A DNA stretch of 63,179 nt, counting the filler, from Hyphochytrium catenoides (taxonomy: Eukaryota; Protista; Hyphochytriomycota): assembly GCA_900088475.1 (NCBI GenBank). It is 5 parts of 5 records of this genome, joined end to end, with 100 filler letters (N's around TTAATTAATTAA, not from the genome) between each part and the next. Parts side by side here need not be neighbours in the genome. Positions count along the whole stretch, not along the records: positions 1 to 29,190 come from FLMG01004394.1; 4 more parts are not named here. The stretch is one strand, 5' to 3'. The position numbers and the translations under genes were made by a program. The notes under the pieces are model-generated. The model made no database searches and was not told the origin of the DNA. It saw nothing but the letters and a program-made list of their open reading frames with translations. Below are positions 1 through 10,268 of the stretch, in pieces. Every line of letters starts with the position of its first letter. Within the stretch, counting starts at the first letter, position 1.

Positions 1-1
1 T

Positions 2-1735
2 GGAACCCCTCTGTTTAACTTCATCAACTCGCAGGCTCTTCGAGCGTTAGCCAAGCATAACCGCAGGCGAGCTTCGTCAACAGGGCAGCAAGCCGTTATC
101 CTTTCACAAGCGGGAGAGGCGACCAGCAACAACCAGAGACTGGGGATCTTTGAGCTGCACGCGTCGCTCAAGAGCAGACTAATTGATGCGCTTTTGTGCA
201 ACCACACGGNNNNNNNNNNNNNNNNNNNNNNNNNNNNNNNNNNNNNNNNNNNNNNNNATCGCATGGAAGTGCTTGGCATAAACAGCGTCACAGCCCTAAT
301 TTTTCGAGGAGGAGCTTCGACTGATAGCTATGATGACCCTATCACCGAGTGGATCTTTTTCAATGTACGCTTGGGAGCTAGCGACTTTGACAGAGAAGAG
401 ATGCAGTGGCTCATCCGCCGTTTGGTCCCGGTATGGGACAGGATAAAGGCGAGTGCTGTCGTCTGGATATTTCTCTCTATTGCAATGAGGGTGGCCTACT
501 GGATGACAGTCGTGGAAGTGACCAAGAGAAGTGTAATGCACCTCAACTCTGAATGCCCAGCGTTTCTGGAAGAACTATCGGACAGGAGCCCAGAAAAGAA
601 CGCACATAACCATGGAGCTAAGAAAAGGCTCCAGAAGGTTGCTGGAGCAACAACAGGCGCTGGGGCTGTGGGGGCCATGAAGGAGGAGGAGAGCGAGGAG
701 CAAGCCATTAAGGAAGACCAGCCTATGTTGAGAAAGCGCGCAACTTTCAAGGAGTTCCTGACGGCTGCATCGATCGGGATTGCCTGTGCAAACAATGATT
801 GGTTGTACCTAGGAATAGCGGTAGTCAGACAGATTGTCGGTGCGGTATATGGAGAAATATTGACCGCTGGTGCCGTTACCACTACGCTGGCACTGTGGCA
901 AGCCTTTAGCATTGTCATCTACAATCAGGCAATCGTGCGTCTCATCTTCACTGGGCTCGAACAACTATTTAGAAGGAAAGAGGCAGTGCGAGGCATTGCG
1001 GACGTCGGTGTCTTAGGATACATCTCCTTTCTACTCTTTGGCGCAGCAACGCAGACCAACCAACTTCTTGCGTTTGACCTTCTACGTTTCTACACAGTCA
1101 CCAACAGCGCTCTCTCGACCTTTAATTGGCTTGCCTTTCCGACCTGTGGAATTGATGGGCCGTGCATGCATCTGCGCGGTGACACAATAATGCACCTCGT
1201 GGCGTCATTGTATGTCTCTATCATGGTGCTGTTTGTCTCAGGACTTCTTTTTATATGGAGGAGAAGGCGAAGGAACAAGGCCCTTGCATCCATCAACCCC
1301 GCATCGATAAAGGTTCAAAGTTCGCAAGCGCCTTCAGATCCTTCTCATACTTCTCCTTATAATGTGGCGACTGATGAGGATAACACTAGCTGGATCTCCC
1401 TCGGCATAGTAGGCTGTCCACACTGTGGACAGAGTATTATCAAGCAGACCACTCTTACCACCTCCTTGGCTTATAATACCCCTTCCACGTTGAAAAATAT
1501 GAGTGGGGGAGCCAACCCTCAAAGATCGGAGAACAACAAGGAGCAGTTCCAGGGAAAGCAGGCATCCCCACCAACAAAAATCGAAGACACAGATAGTGAT
1601 AAGCCAAGGGATGAAAGGGGCAGTTGTTGTCTTTGGCGGCAATGCCTCCACCGAGTCCCAGAACCAAAGACGCAGACTGGAGACGACGTACATCCTGTGG
1701 TGGTGGTTAGCCGCTATCGTTTCATGACCCTATAA
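2..1735 (+). CDS. Uncharacterised Cys-rich multi-pass membrane protein, family paralogue 1 (5'-truncated by the window edge, internal N gap 210-257)
   Basis: Frame 2 is open from position 2 (GTPLFNFINSQALRALA...RLIDALLCNHT), matching paralogue motifs YIY.G.QAL and LLDLLLCN. Shares FLTAASIGIACANND, DVGVLGY, CGIDGPCMHLRGD, LGIVGCPHCG and terminal RYRF with the other three copies. Confidence 0.85.
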   Translation, partial: GTPLFNFINSQALRALAKHNRRRASSTGQQAVILSQAGEATSNNQRLGIFELHASLKSRLIDALLCNHTXXXXXXXXXXXXXXXXXRMEVLGINSVTALIFRGGASTDSYDDPITEWIFFNVRLGASDFDREEMQWLIRRLVPVWDRIKASAVVWIFLSIAMRVAYWMTVVEVTKRSVMHLNSECPAFLEELSDRSPEKNAHNHGAKKRLQKVAGATTGAGAVGAMKEEESEEQAIKEDQPMLRKRATFKEFLTAASIGIACANNDWLYLGIAVVRQIVGAVYGEILTAGAVTTTLALWQAFSIVIYNQAIVRLIFTGLEQLFRRKEAVRGIADVGVLGYISFLLFGAATQTNQLLAFDLLRFYTVTNSALSTFNWLAFPTCGIDGPCMHLRGDTIMHLVASLYVSIMVLFVSGLLFIWRRRRRNKALASINPASIKVQSSQAPSDPSHTSPYNVATDEDNTSWISLGIVGCPHCGQSIIKQTTLTTSLAYNTPSTLKNMSGGANPQRSENNKEQFQGKQASPPTKIEDTDSDKPRDERGSCCLWRQCLHRVPEPKTQTGDDVHPVVVVSRYRFMTL

Positions 1736-3353
1736 CGATATCCAGCCCTAATGCGCCTATCCTAAGAGCAGAGAAGACAGTAGCAATGACCGGCTTTTCC
1801 TAATTGGCGACTCGCATATTCGTACATTGTATAGAAACATTGTCCTCTTCGATGTCAGTCACTAGCAATCATAAAAATATAAGAGAGCCAAAAGCTGTCA
1901 CAAGCAGCGCAATCTAATTCTTCGTGATGGTCCTACTTTGACGATCCTTCTCCCTCCCGTGGCCAGCAGCAGTTTCTCAGAGGGTAAGGTAGCCACCAGT
2001 AAATAACAGGAGAGATCACGTAGTACACGACACAAGCTACTTCTTCATTCTCAAACTATGAGGTGTTCCGTGGCAGCCAGGGTCTGCTGCTGCTCTCCTC
2101 TCTTCCCGTCGCGGCTGGTTCCTACTACTGCTATATATGCTTTAATAGCTCCAAAGCTCTGTGCCTGGTGCTTCAATATGAGAACTCATGGTCGGGCCTG
2201 CTGCAGAGCGTAGTCACCTTCTTGCAGCGGTTATCACCGCACAGCAGCAGGAGGTCTGCTCTGGTCTGTTCTGCCAGTTGTGTCATCGCCCATCTTCCTG
2301 TCTGTCTGATGAGTGCTGAGAGAGGTCGATGGTTGAATCAGTTCCCCTCTCTCCCTCCTCCCTCCCTCTCCCTCTAAGAGCATGTCGTCCAAATCATCCG
2401 TGTAAGGCCGTTTCATTTTGGAGTGTGAGAACAGCAAAACGGATCATTCAAGCCATTTTCACCCTTCATTTTTCGCGGCCCCGCCATAATTGACAGTGTT
2501 TCCAGCATACGTTTCGCAGGTCAAAGAGCTTGAAAGTTGACTGGACGTGCCTAAATTTGACATTATTCGATAATCTACAAGTCATCATGCTGATCCTCTG
2601 TATGACGCACTTCTTGTCTGGCCGATGCTGGTCCGTCCCCATCATCATCGTGCATCTCTCCTCCCTCATCGCTCCTCCCGCTTCTTTTTTTAAGGCTTCT
2701 TGTTGCCTGGATGCAAGCCCGGCGGGTGATAAAGGATAGATCAACTCCTCCAGGACTGAAGAAGCTGGCAAAGGACCATGGATAGGAGGGAAGGATGTAA
2801 GAGAAAACACCTGCTGACAGAGCTCCGAAGCAGTGTCTTCTTCAGTGCTAGGGATTCTGGGGATAGAGGAAATGAGAGGGAACACGACTTCCCGCCCTTC
2901 ATCCTTCGTAGCGCCAGTCGGCATATGATGGGAGCACAATATGTGTAGAAGGACCTTTATCAGATATGATGAAGCTCCAAACGCCTTTCATGACAAGCGA
3001 AAGCCACGGACGGGGTTTGTCCCTCCTGCTGGGCCCTTCTGTGTACACCAGGATAAAGCAGCGGCAATCTTACTTTGTCGGCAGGTTATTGGAATAGCTT
3101 GAAGAAGCAACATACGTAAGGGGTGGGCCCAATCCTGAGACGCGGACGATAGTTGTTGAGCAAGGCAAAACGTGATGTCTTCGATTATACTCTGCCCCAC
3201 CACCACGGCATAGTAGTGGTGGATGAGGAAGGAGATCTAACCCTCTCTGCGGAGCAAACGGTGTGAGTCGAAGGCGAGAAATTTCATTCTATACTCCTCT
3301 CGTTCCTAGCTCTGTTGCCTCTTAGCTGAGAGAGAAAAGTGAGAGCTAGTAGA

Positions 3354-5564
3354 ATGTCGTCAATCCGGCAAAGTATCAGCTCTCTGTCCGGCGTTGTGCT
3401 TTGCAGAGACTCAATGGATGTTCGAGCAGATACCGCTATTCGGTTGCCTCGCTTCCATTTGCTGGGTCTTCTTTGGACTGTGGTTGAGCTTGCTATCTTC
3501 ATTGTAACACTGGTCAAGACGGATTTCTCGTTTGAATCCTCTGATCTAACGAGCCAGATGCTAAAGTCGGCCATCAACAATGACTTCCATGACGCAAATC
3601 TGACAAAAGAAGCTGCCCAAAGTCTGGGCACTTTAGAAGGTGGCTCGGTACTTGCGATGACGGTGGGCTCCCTTCAGGCAAATTCGGAGCACTGTGGGCC
3701 CGCTGTTGGCTCTCCCTACTTCATCTACACTAGTATACAAGCTCTACTCGCTATCGCCCATACGACGGAATGGAACTGGGATTTCCCAGGGGTCACCAAG
3801 CAAAGTGCCGCTTCTGCCACCAGTCTCTCCTCTCTTGCTGCTGTCGACGTGGATCATCCTTCTATCACCACTATAAACTATAGAGTATTGGATCTTCTTC
3901 TATGCAATCGCACAGAGCCCCTTCTGGACCAAAGATATAGTGTGAGCGGTGTCAGGCAATCATGCAAGGCTCCTGCAGTCCATCTAAACGCGAGTTTGAC
4001 AATAGATCTCTGCAACCACAAAGAAGACTTTGTCTTTCGCCTGCAAGTAGCTGGAGTTAAAAGCACCTGCCTTTTCAGCTTTCAACGCCGAGATCCTCTG
4101 TCTCCTGGCTCATTCGCCTTCTGTATCCGGTTTGGGAGACATGACTTGGATCGCCCAGATATGCAATGGCTTATCCGACGTTTACGGACTGCGTGGAATC
4201 GCATCGTCATATCCGCTTACATATGGATCCTCTCATCGGTTGTCATGAGAATCCTTTATTGGAGAACGCTTGTGAAGGTGACCCAGCGAAGTCTATGGCA
4301 TCTAAGGTACGAGTGCACCGATAAGCCGCGGTGCAATGGTACTCCAATTGTCAAAATGAAGGTATCCAGGGAGAGCAATGCCAGTAAAGTCGTACCTGGT
4401 CCAACATCAGCATCGTCACGCAGCAAGACGAGCTTGAGGAAAGCCACACTCAGCGGCACTTCCTTCCACGATTTCCTTACGGCTGCGTCCATTGGCGTTG
4501 CTTCCGCTAACAACGACTGGTGGTATTTGGGCCTTTCTATCGTCAGACAAGTACTGGGTGCTCCATACGGTGAGCTGATGACCGTCTCTTCAGTTACAGT
4601 TCCACTAGCAGCTTGGCAAGCCTTCGGAATTGTCGTCTATCACCAAGCAGTAATCCAGCTCTTCTTCTTGAGTTGCGGTCAGCTGTTTGACAGGCGTGGG
4701 CCCACTCTCCCTATCATTAGGGATGTCGGAGTGCTCGGCTATACGTCACTGATTTATTTGGCCGTGGTCGTGCAGCTAAATCAACTCTATAATTATGACC
4801 TCGGTTATCTCTGCACAGCTATTACCCGCGTTGTAGCTTCATGCTGGTGGTTGGTCCTACCAGCCTGTGGTCCTGATGAGCCCTGCTTATACATCCGAGG
4901 AGACATTATCGCACACCTATTGGCCGCTATCTATGTCTCAATTGGTGCACTGCTGATCCAAATGTTCGTTCGTGGAAAATTGACGCCCTTCAACCTCCTG
5001 AGAAGGAGATCAAAAATGTCAGTACAGGATGTCGACAAGCGTCCTTCAGAGAAAGAAACGTTTTCAAAGGCTGTTGCCAACAACAAGCCGCTGAGGAGCA
5101 GCAGAAGCAACAAGGGGCACACCTCCTGGAACCCCCTCGGGACTGTCGGATGCCCACATTGCGGCTATTGCCTTGTAGAGCAGACTGCTCTTCTATCGCT
5201 TACCTTAGCAACTTCTTCCTCCTCGATAGCATCCTCTCTTATTACGGATGTCAGTGAGCCCACCGCAAAGAAGCAGGAAGTAACTCATTTCGTTGCCAGT
5301 GAGCAGAACGGCCACATGACGAAGGAAGACGGACCTCCCAGGGACAGCTTCGGAAGCTGCGCCCAGCCACATCGGAACTGTTGTCTAATCTATAGCTGCT
5401 CTCCAAGTAATGACGCATGCTCAGGCGGCAGTATTGCGCTTCCTCGACAAGGGCAGGAGGAAGATAAGAAGACGATGCTATGCTCCCATCGCTTTGTTTC
5501 TCCTGCAATACTAGAAGTTCATACTCAAAGCATAAGGGGAGTTCGCCCAGGGCTGTCATCATGA
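3354..5564 (+). CDS. Uncharacterised Cys-rich multi-pass membrane protein, paralogue 2
   Basis: 741-aa ORF (first ATG at 3354). Motifs PRFHLLGLLW, DFSFESSDLTSQMLKS, LDLLLCNRTEPLLDQRY, HLRYEC, ANND, RGD, GCPHCG are shared with the other paralogues. Confidence 0.9.
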   Translation: MSSIRQSISSLSGVVLCRDSMDVRADTAIRLPRFHLLGLLWTVVELAIFIVTLVKTDFSFESSDLTSQMLKSAINNDFHDANLTKEAAQSLGTLEGGSVLAMTVGSLQANSEHCGPAVGSPYFIYTSIQALLAIAHTTEWNWDFPGVTKQSAASATSLSSLAAVDVDHPSITTINYRVLDLLLCNRTEPLLDQRYSVSGVRQSCKAPAVHLNASLTIDLCNHKEDFVFRLQVAGVKSTCLFSFQRRDPLSPGSFAFCIRFGRHDLDRPDMQWLIRRLRTAWNRIVISAYIWILSSVVMRILYWRTLVKVTQRSLWHLRYECTDKPRCNGTPIVKMKVSRESNASKVVPGPTSASSRSKTSLRKATLSGTSFHDFLTAASIGVASANNDWWYLGLSIVRQVLGAPYGELMTVSSVTVPLAAWQAFGIVVYHQAVIQLFFLSCGQLFDRRGPTLPIIRDVGVLGYTSLIYLAVVVQLNQLYNYDLGYLCTAITRVVASCWWLVLPACGPDEPCLYIRGDIIAHLLAAIYVSIGALLIQMFVRGKLTPFNLLRRRSKMSVQDVDKRPSEKETFSKAVANNKPLRSSRSNKGHTSWNPLGTVGCPHCGYCLVEQTALLSLTLATSSSSIASSLITDVSEPTAKKQEVTHFVASEQNGHMTKEDGPPRDSFGSCAQPHRNCCLIYSCSPSNDACSGGSIALPRQGQEEDKKTMLCSHRFVSPAILEVHTQSIRGVRPGLSS

Positions 5565-5873
5565 CCTGGTTAGGAGTCTGTCCACGTATGAGCCAGTATC
5601 CCAGGAGCAGACCCTAGGATTTTCACCAAAGCAGCGACGGTCTCCTCCTCCTTCCTCTCAGAGATTGCGAGCTTTAAGTGTAACCCCACTATTTCTGCAA
5701 AGAGCTCGCTAGATGCTGTCTATGATGGGAGAAGCGGAGTAATATATTCGACCAATTGATGGGCCTCAGCACCTATGATAGAGCTCGTAATTATTATGAT
5801 GTTAGCTTTAGCGAGCCAGTGCCCCTTTACTCTTTTGGTTATACGACCAATGAAGAAGATAAGCAGTGTGCGC

Positions 5874-7041
5874 CTACGTCTTTCCAGCGCTATTTGTGGC
5901 ACGGCTCGAAGGAGAAGCAGCACTAGGAGAAGTAGGAGCGGAGGCGCCCGGTTGTTTCTCATCATCAGTCGTCTCCATCACGCTGGTCTTGTTCGAGGAT
6001 TGCGCCCGCCGGGTCTGAGCCATCTTCTCTGAGAATTGCTTAGACTCATTTCTCTTTGATTGAGCTCTGCCCTTGAAGTCAACTGCCTTGCTTCCGTCTG
6101 TCGTATTGACGAACGTCTGGATCTTTGTAATCTGACACTCCGTTGCATAACAGTTTCCTATAATTGCTGGGCCAAGCATATGTCTAAGGACGTATCCCAG
6201 AACGTTGCACCAGGCCTTCATCAGACTTATGGTCGACTTTTCTTCCAGTGCAAGGGCTAGGGAGTTAAGGAGTGTCTCGCAGTATACACTGTACATCCAG
6301 GGACGAATGCCGCCCTTCGTGCGATGAACAATGCCCATGTCTAAACAAAGAACCATTAGAGTGTCAGTTGCGGAACAAGCCAGGGTTCAACGACGGAAGC
6401 AGGAGAAGTTGGAAGAAATGGAAGAGCTACGATCGCTGTTCAAGTAGCAGATGCTCTTGGAGTGATTGGCACCAACAAGCACAAAGCCAAGATTAAAGGA
6501 AAAAGGCAGCGATCTTGCGTGACTCACAATAAAGCTTCTTCTTCGCATTTTCCGGGTCAGATACGTCCAAATGCGTCACAAACTCCAACACTGTGACTAG
6601 CACTTCTCCTTGCTTCTTTAGGTCGCCATGGAAAACTTCTGTGAACTGTTGGGAGCGGTCGTAGAGCTGCAAGTAGAAGTTCGTGTAGAGAAAGGCTAGC
6701 CTCGATACATTGTCGTGGTTAGTCATCTTTGTTGTCTTCACTTGGTGCCAGGCCTCTCTGGTAGTGCAGAGAATTCACAAGGTATGATTGTTAGTTGCCC
6801 CGCTTCCAGGGTGCAAGAGAAATACGATACGTAGACCCTACCGACATCGCTGGACCATGTCTGTGGATATTTCTGGATGGATTGGAAATGTAGGTGGATA
6901 ATAGTGCTCCGCAATTTGTTTCTCAGAGTACCGATCTAGAGCATTGTAGGCTCGCAAGGAGGAATCGTCACCATTAGCACCGTCGGCCCCCGCAGGACAG
7001 AAACCTCCACCAGGAGCGCAACCCGGTTGGCATTGCCCCAT
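5874..7041 (-). CDS. Single-domain globin with N-terminal Gly2/Cys motif; exons 7041-6842, 6757-6528, 6340-5874 (298 aa)
   Basis: GT-AG introns join three ORFs in frame (200+230+467=897 nt). Globin landmarks: A-helix W (EAWHQV), B10 Tyr (NFYLQL), CD1 Phe (EVF), E7 Gln (KKQGEVL), proximal F8 His (GIVHRTKGGIRP), H-helix KAWCNVLGYV. Confidence 0.88.
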
Positions 7042-8149
7042 CTTCTATATCCAAATTCTAGTTTTCTAGCTACACGTTGCTACTGCAGAGGCAAAGTGGG
7101 AATGTAATTAGTGTATCGAGGTATCAGCTTGAAGCTATTCTTTTATTTTGCGACTATGAAGTGGTCGCGCTAGCGGTAGGTGACGAGCGTGGTGATCGCC
7201 GCGCTAAATAGACTCTGTGGGGAACTTGTGGGTCCTTATGTATCTGCCCGCACTTGGCAGAGGAGGGGACAAAACATATCGGGAAGCCCGCGAATGAGGG
7301 CCAGAGAGCGGATCCCTTTCTTTCTGTACTCCCTACCTTACGTGCAAGTGGTGCAACACCATATGTGAGACCGACGGAGGTATAGCTCGGACAAAGGAAG
7401 CGTACGAAAAGCCAGACAGACAAAGGAAATAGGGAGGTTGTAGGAACAAAAGCTCGGTCACGACAATAGCACGCTGCGGACAAGACATGACTCCTCTGTA
7501 GAAGCAACACCCATCATCATCTCTAGGCAATGACTAATCAGCAACGGGAGACAGACGATGGTGTGTAAATAGGAGATATAGGACAGCTATCCCTGTGTGT
7601 GCTATCCCTGTCTTTCGAAAGTACATTTGACATTTTGTATAACTCTGGGCCCTGTCAGCTTACAGCGTCAGTGACATCACTCTGTTCCATGCCACGCCAG
7701 TACAGTTCTATGTACAAAGTACCATAGCTTGCTTTATTTTGTTCGCACGTAACGTCTTTTTCCTTGGAGTGACCGGCAAAGCGAAATCGGTCTCTTCCAC
7801 TGTCCACTAGTAGTATGTAGTTTTCTGGAGAAAGTTTCCGTCAGTAGTGCGGTAACATCTTCCGTCATCAGTAGGACAGTAAACCCTGATTATTGAACAA
7901 AGGGAAGAGCACCCGGTGGTTGTGGTCTGTTACCATCATTGAGAACTTTTCCTGAAGGGAAGATGTCAGTCTACGTCCGTTTTTACACTTCGTCGTTATA
8001 TGAATTACACATCCTCATGCCAGTTTCTCTTACTTCCGCGGACCTAAAAGATGCTCCGCAGCCGGTCCATCGATCTAGTAGGGCGTCGGTGATCTGTCAC
8101 CCATGTCACCAGTGAAGCTTATTGCCTTATTTATGAGGGTGGACGGTAC

Positions 8150-9800
8150 TGCAAGGCATTTCCAAGCGTGGAATGATTGTAACAATAATCTATCTCATCG
8201 ATTCGTTTCCAGCAGAATATATGACACAGATGGAGTGGTAATGGTGGATCGAGGCGTCGTTCTATGGAGATGACACACAGAATGATGAGGCTGACCAGGG
8301 CAAAACTGTACTCCAGAGTAGTTGTTGGTAATGCTTACTATTTTAGGGTGGAAAACGTGTGAAGCAGACAACAAGAACACAATTCGGTTCTGCCGCCATA
8401 AATTTCTGTACATTTGGGAGAATCTGAGGTTTGCTGGGTGTTGGCATATCGGAGGGGGAGTGCCAACAGGTTCCTAGTTCCTACTAGGGACTATTACGTC
8501 GTGTGTCCTTCTTTTCGGTATAGCCGTGCCCTCACACCTATCTCCGTGTCTCCTACTACGTCAGACAGTCGGGTAACTTTATTTTCGGAAAGTCCATGAA
8601 GATGTAACTTCGCTGCTAAGACAGGGATGTGCAACACGAGCTTCTACGAGGGAGGGAGCCGTGGTAGTTCTACAAAGAGTTAGTCTTCTTCCGCTGTGAA
8701 GTCTTTCTTTGCTGCTCCTGTGACGGTAGAACGAACCACTTACTAACAGTTTTATAGTGGTGCTTCCCTCAACCTTTGACAACGACCTTGCTTGTGCCTG
8801 TGCGTCGACTCTAACCTGTCCCAGGTGCTCTCTTTCACCTGAGTCATCACTTCAGCAGCGACAGTAATCCCGACAGCAATCCTGACGAGCTTGAGAGAGC
8901 AGTAGCCACACAGACTTCACTCACACCTGTACAGCTAGTGGTGAGGAGGGAGTGGCACAGACGGGAGAACTGGTAGTAGAGGGCGAAGACTTTCCACTTA
9001 GCAGGATAGTCCTTCCACATCGTCACCACCCATCACAGTGACTCATCTCCTTATTCCATATATATGTATACATATTATTAGCTCATCAACGGAACTGACT
9101 ACGCTAAGGTTCAAGCAGCAGACGCCACTTCTCCCTGCGCGCCCGCTTCGCCTCTTTTCAGCCTCAGCTTTGTATTTGAGCCAATAACATTTGGAGAGAG
9201 TCTCCTAGTATTTATTATGGTGTTATAGAAGCACCTCCTAGCTCGTCATTGCGAAGCTGTGAATATGATGAGCTCTACGGGAAAAGGCTTTCTTGAACAC
9301 CGTCAGCCTTTGGCGGTCGTATTAAAAGTGTCAATGTCAACGTTTTCGCCATCATTGCTGAAAGAAACAGCTGAGGTTTGCGGTCATCCTGTCTCAGGGC
9401 CATTGCCAAGGTCAGTCCAAGCAGGCAAAGTTAACCCTAGGTCAACCAAGAGCCACGTAGAAGTTGCTTCTATTATTACGACTAGGGGTTCTGCTTGAGC
9501 AAGGCTAAAGAAGTAGTAGGGATAGACGTCAGATTGGGAGGAGGTACGATGAATGGAGGAGCCAAAGCATTCTGGTACATAGATCAACGTGTGACAAGGG
9601 CCATCTACTAGGGGAACATTTTTTGGAGTCTTCTCCTTGCCCTGCCGTCTTTTTGGGGATAACTTCATGGATTAAACGCTCTTCTCCGAACCCTGAAAAT
9701 GGGTTATGGCGGTGGAGAAGAAATTTCGTTAGTCCTGCTCTCGTTTTCAGGAACTTTGCCACCGCTATTCTTCATCGCGGCTCTTCCTATAATTGGCTCA
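8150..9800 (-). mobile_element. Highly decayed Ty3/Gypsy-like pol remnant
   Basis: Scattered minus-strand fragments in PR-RT-RH-IN order: PIIGRAAM, LIHEVIP..SRWPL, EKWRLLLE, YIFMDFPKIKLP, PKIVSITNNYSGVQF, YCYNHSTLG. Many stops and frameshifts; no LTRs identified. Confidence 0.4.
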
Positions 9801-10268
9801 TCACTCTTTTATCACTCGCCTGGGCCAGCAGAGGTGCTCGCTAAGCTTGCTTAGATGGTGGCCCCACTTTGGAAATGCATCAATCGCCTTCTAGGAGTGA
9901 TGATATATTGATTCACTAGGCAGCGCGAATATCCAAGATGCAACAGGAACTTGGCAACGCTTCTTCTTTATCATGAACTATTATTGCAATTGTGCTTGGA
10001 TCGTTGGCTAATCCAGGGCAAGTGTAGACCTTTTCTTTCCTAGACTAAGTGGCACGAGCTCTAACATAAGAACATTGTCTCTAGCAGTCATACTTCAAGA
10101 TGCAAGAGGAACTGACCGAACTCTCTCCTTTACCGCCGTAAAGCGCTATACATGGCACTCACAATAGTTCAGCCAGGGCAGATTTAGATCCTCTCTCGAC
10201 TGAGGTGAATCGCAAAGGCTCTACTGAAGGAAAACTGTTCACTTGGCGGGTATTTAGTGAGAAAGCCC

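Noticed and set aside
9100-9200. KRRSGRAGRSGVC resembling helicase motif VI
   Set aside because: No other helicase motifs nearby; an overlapping frame fits the retroelement remnant better.
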